Positions 17,588 through 27,408 are shown, numbered from the stretch's first letter. The stretch: DNA of 64,000 nt from an uncultured Clostridia bacterium (GCA_944388565.1 CALXJG010000002.1:4247-68246); one strand, 5' to 3'. A program made the numbers and translations. Notes: generated from the sequence alone by a model not told the origin.

Positions 17588-18841
17588 ATGGAACCATTAG
17601 CATATAGAATGAAGCCAAAAGAATTAAAAGATTTTTTTGGCCAAGAAGATATTGTTGGTGAAGGTAAATTATTAAATCGTTTAATAAAGGCTGATAAATT
17701 GACTTCTGCTATTTTTTGGGGTCCTCCTGGATGTGGAAAGACTTCACTTGCAAGAATAATTGCAAATACCACTAAGAATAAGTTTGTTACTTTAAATGCA
17801 ACAACTGCAGGAGTTGCTGATATTAAGGCTGTGGTTGAAAAGGCACAAAATATTTTTGAAAATCCAACAGGAAAAGTTATATTATTTATTGATGAGATAC
17901 ATAGATTTAACAAATTACAGCAAGATGCTTTACTTCCGCATGTAGAAAAAGGTACAGTAATATTAATTGGTGCTACTACAGAAAATCCTTATTTTTCTGT
18001 TAATAAAGCACTTATATCTCGTTCAACGGTTTTTAAATTTAAAGAACTAGAAGATAAGGATATTGTAAATATATTAAAAAATTGTATAAATGATAAAGAA
18101 AATGGGCTTGGAAATTATAATTTGGAAATAGAAGATGGAGTGTTAGAATTTTTAGCGACTAACTCTAATGGAGATGTTAGATCTGTTCTTAATGCATTAG
18201 AACTTGCTGTACTTACTACAAATATATCAAGTAATGGTAAAATCGAAATAACAAAAGATGTAATAAGAGATTGTATACAACAAAAAAAGAGTATATATGA
18301 TAAGACGGATGATTCTCATTATGATGTTATTTCAGCCTTTATAAAGTCAATGAGAGGTTCTGACCCTGATGCTACACTACATTATCTTGCTAGAATGTTA
18401 GAAGGTGGAGAAGATCCAATGTTTATTGCAAGACGTATTGTAATTCAAGCATCAGAAGATGTAGGACTTGCTAATAATAATGCTTTAGTAGTTGCAGTTT
18501 CTGCTATGCAAGCTGTACATCAAGTTGGTATGCCAGAGGCAAGAATTCCACTTGCGCAAGCTGCACTTACTGTGGCATTAAGCCCTAAATCAAATACATC
18601 TTACCTAGGAATTAATCAGGCAATGGAAGATGTAAGGAATATTGATATTGGACAAGTTCCTATGCATATTAGAAATGCTGCAAAAAGCGGTATGGAAGAG
18701 TTTGGTTATGGTGAAGGGTATAAATATCCACATGATTATGAAAATTCTAAGGTTGAACAACAATATTTACCAGATAAATTACTTGGAAAGAAATATTTTA
18801 ATCCTAAAGAATGGGAAAAGGATTTAGGTGATAACTTATGA
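17588..18841 (+). CDS. rarA: replication-associated recombination protein A (AAA+ ATPase)
   Basis: MRPKxLxDFxGQ-type N-terminus, Walker A GPPGCGKTS, FIDEIHRFNK and the MgsA C-terminal region (HYDVISAFIKSMRGSDPDA). Confidence 0.9.
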   Translation: MEPLAYRMKPKELKDFFGQEDIVGEGKLLNRLIKADKLTSAIFWGPPGCGKTSLARIIANTTKNKFVTLNATTAGVADIKAVVEKAQNIFENPTGKVILFIDEIHRFNKLQQDALLPHVEKGTVILIGATTENPYFSVNKALISRSTVFKFKELEDKDIVNILKNCINDKENGLGNYNLEIEDGVLEFLATNSNGDVRSVLNALELAVLTTNISSNGKIEITKDVIRDCIQQKKSIYDKTDDSHYDVISAFIKSMRGSDPDATLHYLARMLEGGEDPMFIARRIVIQASEDVGLANNNALVVAVSAMQAVHQVGMPEARIPLAQAALTVALSPKSNTSYLGINQAMEDVRNIDIGQVPMHIRNAAKSGMEEFGYGEGYKYPHDYENSKVEQQYLPDKLLGKKYFNPKEWEKDLGDNL

Positions 18842-20196
18842 GAAAAGGTAATAATATAAAAGTAAGTTTAAATACTGGTAATAAAAGAATTCGTAGTGCA
18901 ATAAATAAAGAACTAATAGGAAAAGAAAAAGAAACAAAGGTAAAAGAAAAAGAAGATTCATTATCGGATGGATTAAAAATAGTTAACAAGCATAATAAAA
19001 AAGTAGAGTCTATAAGGGAGAAAAGAATTGGAAAAACACAATTAGAAGTAAGGCAAGAGATTATAGAAGATCAATATGAAAAAGAAAATAAAAGAATCTT
19101 TTTTAAAAGAATGATTTTATTTTTTGTAATCGTATTTATTGTTATTTTAGCATATTTATTTTTTGAATATGGCCCTATTTTTGGTATAAGTATAACTGAT
19201 TCAAATATTGAAAATGTAAAGATAGATATAATTACTGCAGATAGCGATATTTATAAAATGTATAATGAAGAGCTGCTTGTATATTCTAATCAGCAAGTTA
19301 CGACATATAATAAAAATGGAAATATCACATGGACATATAAGTTGGATCAAGTATTTACACCTAATATATACATTTTTGGTAAATATATGGTAATATCTAA
19401 TAATATAAATGGAACATTTTATTTGTTTGAAAATAAAAAAGAAATATTAAATAAAAAAATAGAAGGTACTATTCAACATATATATTTAGATGAATATGGT
19501 AATATGGCAGTTGAGTATTCTACTAGTTTATATAAAAAAGTTATTGGATTGTATGACAAAAGCGGAAAAAATCTACATAATGCATATTTAGAAAGTGATG
19601 CAATAATTGATGTTAAAATAATGGAAAAAGGGAACAAATTATTGGTAGCTCAAGCTAGTTCCACATCATTTAAAATAGGATGCATTTTATCTATTTTTGA
19701 TTTTAAAAATTCTGAAAATCAGTCAACTCAAATCGCTAAATTTGATAATAACTTTATATATAACTTGACTATATCAGGTCAAGATATTATAATATTACTA
19801 GATAATAAATTAGTAAAATTAAATTTAAATACAAACGCTATAACAGAAATAAAGTCATTTAACTCAACTCAATTAATGTATATATCAACTTATGATAATT
19901 ATTATATATCTGTTGATAAAAAGTTGGAAGATGGTAATTTATATTCAATAACTACTTGTGATTATTCTAATAACGTTATAAGTCAAATTGAGGAATCTGA
20001 AGCACCTAAAAGCATGGTGAGTAGCGGCTTATTAACATATTTTGTTTATCAAAACGAAATAAAGGTAATAAATAAATGGGGCGTAGAAGTAAAAAAACAA
20101 TCTTTAGATACTACTCCAAAAGACATCATTGTATTTAATAATGAAAAATCGATAGCTTTAATATATACAAATAAGATATATATAATGAATATATAG
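18838..20196 (+). CDS. hypothetical N-anchored extracytoplasmic protein (possibly DUF5711-like)
   Basis: 452 aa. It has a basic N-terminal region and one TM helix (ILFFVIVFIVILAYLFF), followed by a long beta-rich repetitive region. Its start overlaps the rarA stop (ATGA). Confidence 0.6.
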   Translation: MRKGNNIKVSLNTGNKRIRSAINKELIGKEKETKVKEKEDSLSDGLKIVNKHNKKVESIREKRIGKTQLEVRQEIIEDQYEKENKRIFFKRMILFFVIVFIVILAYLFFEYGPIFGISITDSNIENVKIDIITADSDIYKMYNEELLVYSNQQVTTYNKNGNITWTYKLDQVFTPNIYIFGKYMVISNNINGTFYLFENKKEILNKKIEGTIQHIYLDEYGNMAVEYSTSLYKKVIGLYDKSGKNLHNAYLESDAIIDVKIMEKGNKLLVAQASSTSFKIGCILSIFDFKNSENQSTQIAKFDNNFIYNLTISGQDIIILLDNKLVKLNLNTNAITEIKSFNSTQLMYISTYDNYYISVDKKLEDGNLYSITTCDYSNNVISQIEESEAPKSMVSSGLLTYFVYQNEIKVINKWGVEVKKQSLDTTPKDIIVFNNEKSIALIYTNKIYIMNI

Positions 20197-20207
20197 GGGG
20201 GAAATAT

Positions 20208-20867
20208 ATGATTATAGATATAATTTTAATTGCTTTAATAGCATTGGGGGTGTTCTTTGGTTACAAGAAAGGCCTTGTTGGAATTTTAATTGGAGTAGCA
20301 TCTTTAATTTTATCAATAATACTTGCATTTGTACTTCAAGGGCCTGTTTCAGAATATTTATATTCTACACCAGTTGGAACATCAATTGAAAGTAAAGTTA
20401 CAGAGTTCGTTAATGATACTTTAAGTTCTGAAAATAATGAAAATGTAGATTCTGAAGATAACACAAAAAAAGAAAATGATTTCTTTAGTAAAGTAATACA
20501 AGATGCAACAAACTCAGAAGATACTGTTAAAGAAGCTTCTAAAAACATTACAATGTTTATATTAAAAGGTATTACTTTTATTGGTATATTTATATTGGTT
20601 AGAATTATATGTTATATTTTACAGATGATATTAAATATAGTATTTGATTTGCCAATACTTCATTCTGTTAATAAATTTGGTGGTATGGCTATTAATTTGG
20701 TTGCAACATTATTAAAACTATGGATTTTACTTGCAGCAATACAGTTGATTTCTTCAGTTGTAGCTATTGATTTTATTACTAATTTAATTAATCAAAGTTA
20801 TTTAACAAAATTATTATATGAAAATAATATATTATTAAATATATTACAAACTACTATAAAGCTATAA
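20208..20867 (+). CDS. cvpA: CvpA-family membrane protein
   Basis: The N-terminus IDIILIALIALGVFFGYKKGLV is typical of CvpA. It is polytopic. Confidence 0.6.
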   Translation: MIIDIILIALIALGVFFGYKKGLVGILIGVASLILSIILAFVLQGPVSEYLYSTPVGTSIESKVTEFVNDTLSSENNENVDSEDNTKKENDFFSKVIQDATNSEDTVKEASKNITMFILKGITFIGIFILVRIICYILQMILNIVFDLPILHSVNKFGGMAINLVATLLKLWILLAAIQLISSVVAIDFITNLINQSYLTKLLYENNILLNILQTTIKL

Positions 20868-20888
20868 TAGCTTGAAAGCGAGGAAAAA

Positions 20889-21866
20889 ATGAAAAAAACA
20901 AAGAAGAAAAAGAGCATAGCTAAAATTTTTAGAAGAATTTTTGTAGTACTTAGTATATTAGGTATAGTTTCATGGGGTGCATTATATGCTTTTAATTATA
21001 GCATAGGTGAAGAAGAAGTAGTAAGTGCAGATGGTACTCCTGTTACTTCAAAAGGTAAAAAAACAGAGATAAATGCGTTAGTGTGTGGAGTTAATGAGAA
21101 TCTAACTGATACTATGATATATGTAAAATACAATGTTGAATCTGGTAAAATAGCTATGATGTCTATACCAAGAGATACATATGTTACAAATGAATATTGT
21201 ATTGGACATAAGCTAAATGCAATATATAGAGGTAAAAACATAATTCCTTTAGTTAATCAAATTCAAGATTTAATAGGAGTAAAAATTGACTATTATTTAG
21301 TATTTAGAGCTGATATGTTAATTAGTATGGTTGATGCTATTGGTGGGGTTGAAGTTGATGTAAAAATGAGGATGAAATATGATGATCCTACTCAAAATCT
21401 ACATATAGATATAAAGCCAGGTAAACAAGTACTTGATGGAAAAAATGCAGAAGGTTATGTTAGATTTAGACATAATAATGATATGACTGTTGGATATCCT
21501 ATGGGTGATTTAGATAGAACAGAAGTACAACAAGAGTTTATAAAAGCATTTATAAATACTGTTCTTCAACCAAGTAATCTTCCCAAAATTCCAGAACTAA
21601 TTAATATAGCACAACAAAATACAGAGACAAATGTTACAGTAAGGGAAGCTTTAAAATATGTAAGCGATGCTTCTAAGATAGATACTTCAAATATAGTTTC
21701 TATGACTGCACCAGGTACAGCACAATATATAGATGGATTATCTTACTTCTTATTAGATACAGAAAAGGCAAGAGAGCTAATTGAATCTGATTTTGATTTG
21801 TCAGTTGTTGAAGAAAATACAGGAGACACTGATACAAGTACTACTACTGAGCAAGAAGCAAATTAA
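20889..21866 (+). CDS. LytR-CpsA-Psr (LCP) family cell-envelope phosphotransferase
   Basis: N-terminal anchor, then TDTMIYVKYN...MMSIPRDTYV and other LCP-domain motifs. Confidence 0.8.
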   Translation: MKKTKKKKSIAKIFRRIFVVLSILGIVSWGALYAFNYSIGEEEVVSADGTPVTSKGKKTEINALVCGVNENLTDTMIYVKYNVESGKIAMMSIPRDTYVTNEYCIGHKLNAIYRGKNIIPLVNQIQDLIGVKIDYYLVFRADMLISMVDAIGGVEVDVKMRMKYDDPTQNLHIDIKPGKQVLDGKNAEGYVRFRHNNDMTVGYPMGDLDRTEVQQEFIKAFINTVLQPSNLPKIPELINIAQQNTETNVTVREALKYVSDASKIDTSNIVSMTAPGTAQYIDGLSYFLLDTEKARELIESDFDLSVVEENTGDTDTSTTTEQEAN

Positions 21867-21870
21867 TTAA

Positions 21871-21908
21871 AAATATATGGGTATATATTTTTATATACCC
21901 ATATATTT
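21871..21908. terminator. bidirectional terminator hairpin between convergent genes
   Basis: AAATATATGGGTATATA / TATATACCCATATATTT 17-bp stem. Confidence 0.55.
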
Positions 21909-23169
21909 ATAATATTTTTCATTTCCTCTTTTTTTCTTTTTCTTTTTACGTGTATTAAATAATATAACTAATAACAAAATAATTATAATTGCTATACATG
22001 TAATTAATATATTATCTTTTAAATTAAATTCGTAGTAAACTTCTTTATCTATTATTTTTAAATCATAACTATTTATTAAAGAATTATCTTCATCATTAAT
22101 TTCAGAAAATTTTATATTTAGTTTACCAATATTATCATTTGAAATTTCATTTAAATTTATATCAATATCATATTCTACTTTATATTTAGTTGAAGTAATA
22201 AGTGAATATATATCTTCATCCAGTCCAACTTTATATTTTACTTTATTTATTTTATCTGTTATTGTAAATGTGTAATCATTTTTATTTATTATCAATTCAT
22301 TATTAAAATTATCAAATACATAGTTACTAAGATTTTTTGTATCTAAAAATTTTGCATTTTGTGCTTGTGAACCATTAAATGCACCTATTATTATTGTTTT
22401 ATTATCTTTTTTACAAAAACCAATAAAAGTTCCCCTGGCTTCTTCTGTATAACCTGTTTTACCTCCAATCATATATTCATAATATGATGCAGTATATCTT
22501 TCATCTAACATTCTATTTGTATTTATAAGTTTAGTTTCTTCTGGTGATTTATTTGTAGGTGGGATTATATATTCTTTTGTAGAAATTATTTGTCTAAATA
22601 CTTCATTATTTAGACAATATCTAAATAACTTTGCCATATCATATGTAGTTGAATAATGATTGTCATCATGGAAGCCATGTGGATTAGTAAAATGAGTATT
22701 ATTACATCCAAGTTCTTTTAATTTTTCATTCATTAATACTACAAAATCATCGACATTTCCACTTACTGCTTCAGCAAGAACTATAGCAGCGTCATTGCCT
22801 GAAGGAAGTAATAGCCCATATAATAGTTGCTCAATTGTAAAAATTTCTTCAGCTTTTACTCCCATTACAGAACTTCCGATAGGGTGTTGAATCTACTGCA
22901 TTTTTAGAAACTACAACGGCAGTATTTAGATCCATCTTTTCAATAACAAGTATAGCAGTTAGAATTTTTGTTGTACTAGCTGGATAAACTTTTTGATTAA
23001 TTTCTTTACTGTAAAGTATTTTTCCTGAATCATAATCCATTACTATATCTGATGTACAGAGTAAATTTAAACTTTCAGCACCGTATACATTATTATTTAA
23101 AAAAGAAAATAGTGTAAGAATAACACTGAATATAACTAATTGAAATCTTAGCTTTTTAATAATTATCAC
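21891..23169 (-). pseudogene. serine-type D-Ala-D-Ala carboxypeptidase (PBP5/DacB/DacF-like) disrupted by a 1-nt frameshift
   Basis: The upstream ORF carries the signal peptide and the SxxK motif (ASTTK). The downstream ORF carries SGN (LPSGNDAA) and the C-terminal domain and anchor. The frames join if one base is removed near 22878-22884, giving ...VSKNAVDSTPIGSSVMGVKAEE... The start is approximate. Confidence 0.75.
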
Positions 23170-23230
23170 CTCTAGTTTAAAATATATTATATAATAATTT
23201 AGTCTAAAAGAAAAGAAGGGAGATGAAAAA

Positions 23231-23785
23231 ATGGAAAAAATTAAAAATATAATTTTAAAATATAAAACATATATAATATGTTTAATAATTATCATTTTAT
23301 CTATAATATCAATTATATTTCAAAATATTGATAGAAAGAACTTAGAAGAAGTAAATAAAAAAGAAAACACCGAGAATGGAGAAATTGCTGTATATATAAC
23401 AGGAGCAGTAAAAAATCCAGGAGTGTATTATATCAAAGAAAATTCTAGATTAAGTCATTTACTTGATATATGTGGAGGAATACTAGAAAATGCAGATATA
23501 AATAAGTTAAATCTTGCTCAAAAATTAGTTGATTCTGATAAAATTACTGTACCAACAAAACAAGAAAAAGAAGAAAATGAGGATGAAAATGAAGATGAAA
23601 AAATAAATATTAACACAGCCTCTAAAGAAGAACTAATGACTCTAGATGGAATAGGTGAGAGTACAGCATCTAAAATAATTGAATATAGAAAAACAAGTGA
23701 ATTTATAGAAATAGAAGATATAATGAATGTATCTGGAATAGGCGAGGCTAAGTTTAATAATATAAAAGATAATATCACTGTATAG
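23231..23785 (+). CDS. comEA: competence protein ComEA (SLBB plus helix-hairpin-helix DNA receptor)
   Basis: N-terminal anchor, then VYITGAVKNPGVY (SLBB) and C-terminal tandem HhH (INTASKEELMTLDGIGESTASKIIEYR...VSGIGEAKF). Confidence 0.85.
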   Translation: MEKIKNIILKYKTYIICLIIIILSIISIIFQNIDRKNLEEVNKKENTENGEIAVYITGAVKNPGVYYIKENSRLSHLLDICGGILENADINKLNLAQKLVDSDKITVPTKQEKEENEDENEDEKININTASKEELMTLDGIGESTASKIIEYRKTSEFIEIEDIMNVSGIGEAKFNNIKDNITV

Positions 23786-23831
23786 GGCTTATTTTAAAAT
23801 GGTATGCATAAAATTATTATAGGTGAATTTA

Positions 23832-24467
23832 ATGAGATATTATATATATCTAGATAAGGAGTTCTTAAGGACACTTTTTTCAGTATTTGATGATAATAAT
23901 TTAAATATTGAAGTTGTAGAGTTTTCAATTAGAAAAAGTTTTAGCAAAAATAATGGATTCTTGATTGATCCATGTGTTGAAAATATAAAGCAATGTGAAG
24001 AATTTTGTAGAGAAGGTGATAGAGAAGATCGTGGAGGAATGAAAAAAGACAATATTGGAAAAGAAAAAGTAGGAGCACGTTTTGATCATGGAAATTCATA
24101 TAGCGTTCAAACAGAAAAAAGATATTTAAATATTGAAGATATAACAAATATGAAAAATATTCATTTTTATCATAAGTTACTTGAAGATATATGTACTACA
24201 GGAAAGAAAGGAGATAGAATTATAGAAGAAGTTGGGTATATAAAAATAAATAGAAATAATAGTAGTAGATTAACGTCTAATAATGAAAGTGATGATTTTT
24301 TTATGATAAATGATTGTTTTGTGTGGATTGATAAAACAAAACTTAATGGGAATTTAGAATTACTTTCACAAATGTCTTGTAAGATAAAAGTTATAGGATA
24401 TATGATGAATTGCAAAGAAGAAAATAAAAATAATATAATAAAAGCAATAGCAATATTTATAGAATAA
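23832..24467 (+). CDS. hypothetical protein
   Basis: 211 aa from ATG 23832, which is preceded by AGGTGA. It is same-strand and downstream of comEA, and followed by a terminator. No family is firmly recognised. Confidence 0.55.
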   Translation: MRYYIYLDKEFLRTLFSVFDDNNLNIEVVEFSIRKSFSKNNGFLIDPCVENIKQCEEFCREGDREDRGGMKKDNIGKEKVGARFDHGNSYSVQTEKRYLNIEDITNMKNIHFYHKLLEDICTTGKKGDRIIEEVGYIKINRNNSSRLTSNNESDDFFMINDCFVWIDKTKLNGNLELLSQMSCKIKVIGYMMNCKEENKNNIIKAIAIFIE

Positions 24468-24493
24468 AAAACGAGTATATTCTACTCGTTTTT
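24466..24493. terminator. bidirectional terminator
   Basis: AAAAACGAGTA-tattc-TACTCGTTTTT lies between convergent genes. Confidence 0.6.
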
Positions 24494-25514
24494 ATCCATT
24501 ATTATCTATTATACTTTGTATATCATTAATATTGTTATTAACTGAAACTATAAATTTATCAGCTAAATTAGGATCAAACTGCGTTCCACTGCATCTTTTA
24601 ATTTCTTCTAAAGCGGATTGTATAGAACGTTCATCTTTATATGATCTTCTTGAAACGATTGCATCGAAACTATCACATAAAGAAAGTACTCTAGCTAGAT
24701 ATTCTATATTTTCTCCCTTCAATTTGTCTGGGTAACCATTACCGTCATATCTTTCGTGATGGTGTTTTATAATTGGAACAATATCTTTAAAAATATCTGA
24801 AACTGAAAATATATTTGCTGCTATTACAGGATGAAGTTTTATAGTATCATATTCTTCATCTGTTAATTTTCCTTCTTTTAATAACACACTATCTGGGATA
24901 CCAATTTTTCCAACGTCATGGAAAGAGGCAGCCTTTAGTAAATTATCAGTACTTATATCATCTAGTTCTAAAAACTTTGCAAATAATCTACAGTATGAAG
25001 TAACTCTTTTTGAATGTTCACCTGTATAATTATCTTTTGCTGTAATTGTATTTAGTAATATTTGTGCAAAATCAAACAAATAATGGTCTAGTTTTAAGTT
25101 AATAGATTTAACTTTTCTTAATTGTTCTATATATTTAATTCCTGATTGTATCATTATTATCAATTGATCAAATCTAGAACTTTTTTCAAAATAAGCTTGT
25201 ATATCAAGTGTTTGCATTGTTTCAATAGAAGGAGTTAAATCTTTATGCATTGACATAAGAATTATATATATTTCTTTATCAAATTCTCTAACAAGTTCAA
25301 CAACTCTATCACCGTTTACAGGAGACATTAGATAATTTACAAGAAGTATATCATATTTATTTGCTTTTAACTCTTCTATAGCAGATACTGGTTCGGTAAA
25401 AGTGCTAACTGTATGACCGTAACCTTTTAGAATTTCAGATATGATTTCCATCATATTTACATCTTCGTCAATTATTAATATTTTGGCATTTTTAATAGTT
25501 TCATCGTTGCTCAT
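24492..25514 (-). CDS. response regulator with HD-GYP domain (putative c-di-GMP phosphodiesterase)
   Basis: N-terminal receiver (ILIIDED...DILLVNYLMSP). C-terminal HD-GYP domain with HDVGKIGIP and HHERYDGNGYP motifs. Confidence 0.85.
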   Translation of the reverse strand: MSNDETIKNAKILIIDEDVNMMEIISEILKGYGHTVSTFTEPVSAIEELKANKYDILLVNYLMSPVNGDRVVELVREFDKEIYIILMSMHKDLTPSIETMQTLDIQAYFEKSSRFDQLIIMIQSGIKYIEQLRKVKSINLKLDHYLFDFAQILLNTITAKDNYTGEHSKRVTSYCRLFAKFLELDDISTDNLLKAASFHDVGKIGIPDSVLLKEGKLTDEEYDTIKLHPVIAANIFSVSDIFKDIVPIIKHHHERYDGNGYPDKLKGENIEYLARVLSLCDSFDAIVSRRSYKDERSIQSALEEIKRCSGTQFDPNLADKFIVSVNNNINDIQSIIDNNG

Positions 25515-25623
25515 TATTAATACCTCACTTTAATTAGTATAGCAGATAAGAAAAAAATAATCAATAGAAAAAAATAGCAAATTTCTTAAATACGACAAAA
25601 AAATATATTTAAATTATATATGT

Positions 25624-26514
25624 ATGTCACATTTTGACGAACGATTTTTCTTGACTTTTAATTTATCTAGTGTTATATTGTTGTTACAAGGAGGTGATTA
25701 TATATATGCACTGATATTTATTATTTTTTCTTTACTTATATCATATAATTTAATCTCAATATATTATGTACAAAAGAAATCTAAGAATATTAATTTTAAT
25801 TCAAACAATTTGTTTAAAGAAAGATTTTATTTTCTAAGGAATTACTTATCTAAAATTTTTCAGTATTTATCTAATTCTGGTAACCCGTATGGTCTTACCG
25901 TAAAAAGATATATTATTATAAAATACATTTTATCTGTGATTTTGTTTATCATATCTATTATTAATACATCTAATATATTTATTTCGTTAATTGTTTTACT
26001 AATTCTATATTTTTTACCAAATATTTTAGTTGAATTATCATTAAAAGCAGAAAGCATAAAAATAATAAATGACATATCAAACATCGTTCAAAATATCGTA
26101 CTATCACTATCGGCTAATATGCTATTATATGATTCATTAAAAAATTCCGTAGATAATATAGAAAATAAAAGGTTTAAAAAAGAATATAGTATATTTGTAA
26201 ATAATTATAGAATGTATAATTTTAACATTGTAAAGGCAGTAGATGAGTTTAGTCAAAAATTTTCTTTTTATGAGTTTAATATGTTTTTATCTTTACTTAT
26301 TCAAGGTGAAAAAGAAGGAAATCTTTTAGAGTTGTTAGAAAGCTTTATAGAAAATCTAGATATAACATATTTTAAATACTTAAAATATAAATCAACTCAA
26401 AGGTTAGTGGTAATAATTTTTACTACTTTTATTTCTATAGTAAACAGTTTTTTAATAGTTTTGTATCCAATTGTTATACAAGTTTCACAAAGTTTTACAG
26501 ATATTTTTAAATAA
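25624..26514 (+). CDS. TadB/TadC-like (T2SSF-domain) pilus platform membrane protein; start uncertain, possibly frameshifted
   Basis: Polytopic. The cytoplasmic block between TM helices (...IINDISNIVQNIVLSLSANMLLYDSLKN...EFNMFLSLLIQGEKEGNLLELLESF...) has the T2SSF layout. ATG 25624 lacks an SD. A promoter, an SD and an out-of-frame ATG lie inside the ORF (see findings). Confidence 0.5.
   Translation: MSHFDERFFLTFNLSSVILLLQGGDYIYALIFIIFSLLISYNLISIYYVQKKSKNINFNSNNLFKERFYFLRNYLSKIFQYLSNSGNPYGLTVKRYIIIKYILSVILFIISIINTSNIFISLIVLLILYFLPNILVELSLKAESIKIINDISNIVQNIVLSLSANMLLYDSLKNSVDNIENKRFKKEYSIFVNNYRMYNFNIVKAVDEFSQKFSFYEFNMFLSLLIQGEKEGNLLELLESFIENLDITYFKYLKYKSTQRLVVIIFTTFISIVNSFLIVLYPIVIQVSQSFTDIFK
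25651..25679 (+). promoter_or_regulatory. sigma-A-type promoter for the pilus-like cluster (inside the ORF-track N-terminal extension)
   Basis: TTGACT, 17-nt spacer, TATATT. It is followed by AAGGAGGTGA (25688-25697). Confidence 0.45.
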
Positions 26515-26524
26515 AGGAGGAATT

Positions 26525-26719
26525 ATGCATAGTAAAATTAAAAATGCAGTATTAAAGATAAAAAGTGGTACTGCAATGACAGAATCAATATTACTAATAG
26601 GTATATCACTAGCAATAATAATTATTGTATTTTATCCACAATTAAAGGAATTAGTTAATGACACTTTAAATACAATTTCTATTTGGTTTAAAAGTACATT
26701 AGGAAATATAGGTATGTAA
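26525..26719 (+). CDS. Flp-type (type IVb-like) prepilin
   Basis: 64 aa from ATG 26525, which is preceded by AAAGGAGG. The leader ends ...KIKSG and is followed by TAMTESILLIGISLAIIIIVFY. This gives Gly at -1, Glu at +5 and a hydrophobic helix. Confidence 0.55.
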   Translation: MHSKIKNAVLKIKSGTAMTESILLIGISLAIIIIVFYPQLKELVNDTLNTISIWFKSTLGNIGM

Positions 26720-26720
26720 A

Positions 26721-27398
26721 ATGAATAAAAAATATGTCTTAATAATATTAATAATAGCGATGTTCATTTATTTTATTATTACATATATATTTTTTAATTT
26801 TATTACAAAAGACAATATAGAAAATGTAATTGTTATTAAGGAAGATTTATATCGTGGCCAAAAAATAGAGGAAAAAAATTATATACAAGTTAGTATAAGA
26901 AGTGGAAATATAAATAATGTAGCAAGTGTAGATGATATTAGTAATAAAGTATTAAATTGTGACTTGAAACGAGGACAAATATTACTTAAGGATTATTGTA
27001 TAAATGCTGAAGAATATATTTCTTCTACTAATTTAAAAGAAATAATTTGTTTAAATATAGAAAATTCAGATGATTTTGTTTCATATCAAGTTGCAAAAGA
27101 CAGTATTGTTAATGTATATTATACAGGAAAAACAGAATTTGCAACTAGTATTGCAGAAGAAATAAACGTACCTAATATTAAGAGTAATGATAATACAGGT
27201 TATATATCTTTTAAATTGTTAGAAAATGTAAAAATCATTGATGTATTTGATAAATATGGGAACAAAGTAAATAAGAAAAAAGAAAATATGGACAAGCTTG
27301 ATGTATATTCTATAATGATTGAAGTAGAAAAAGAGATGATAACAAGAATAAATAATTTAAAAAACTATGGTAAATTTAGTTTATCAATTATAAAGTAG
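26721..27398 (+). CDS. CpaB/RcpC-like pilus assembly protein (SAF domain)
   Basis: N-terminal TM helix, then VIVIKEDLYRGQKIEEKNY...VDDISNKVLNCDLKRGQILLKDY, matching the CpaB SAF-domain pattern. Confidence 0.55.
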   Translation: MNKKYVLIILIIAMFIYFIITYIFFNFITKDNIENVIVIKEDLYRGQKIEEKNYIQVSIRSGNINNVASVDDISNKVLNCDLKRGQILLKDYCINAEEYISSTNLKEIICLNIENSDDFVSYQVAKDSIVNVYYTGKTEFATSIAEEINVPNIKSNDNTGYISFKLLENVKIIDVFDKYGNKVNKKKENMDKLDVYSIMIEVEKEMITRINNLKNYGKFSLSIIK

Positions 27399-27408
27399 GA
27401 GGTATAAA

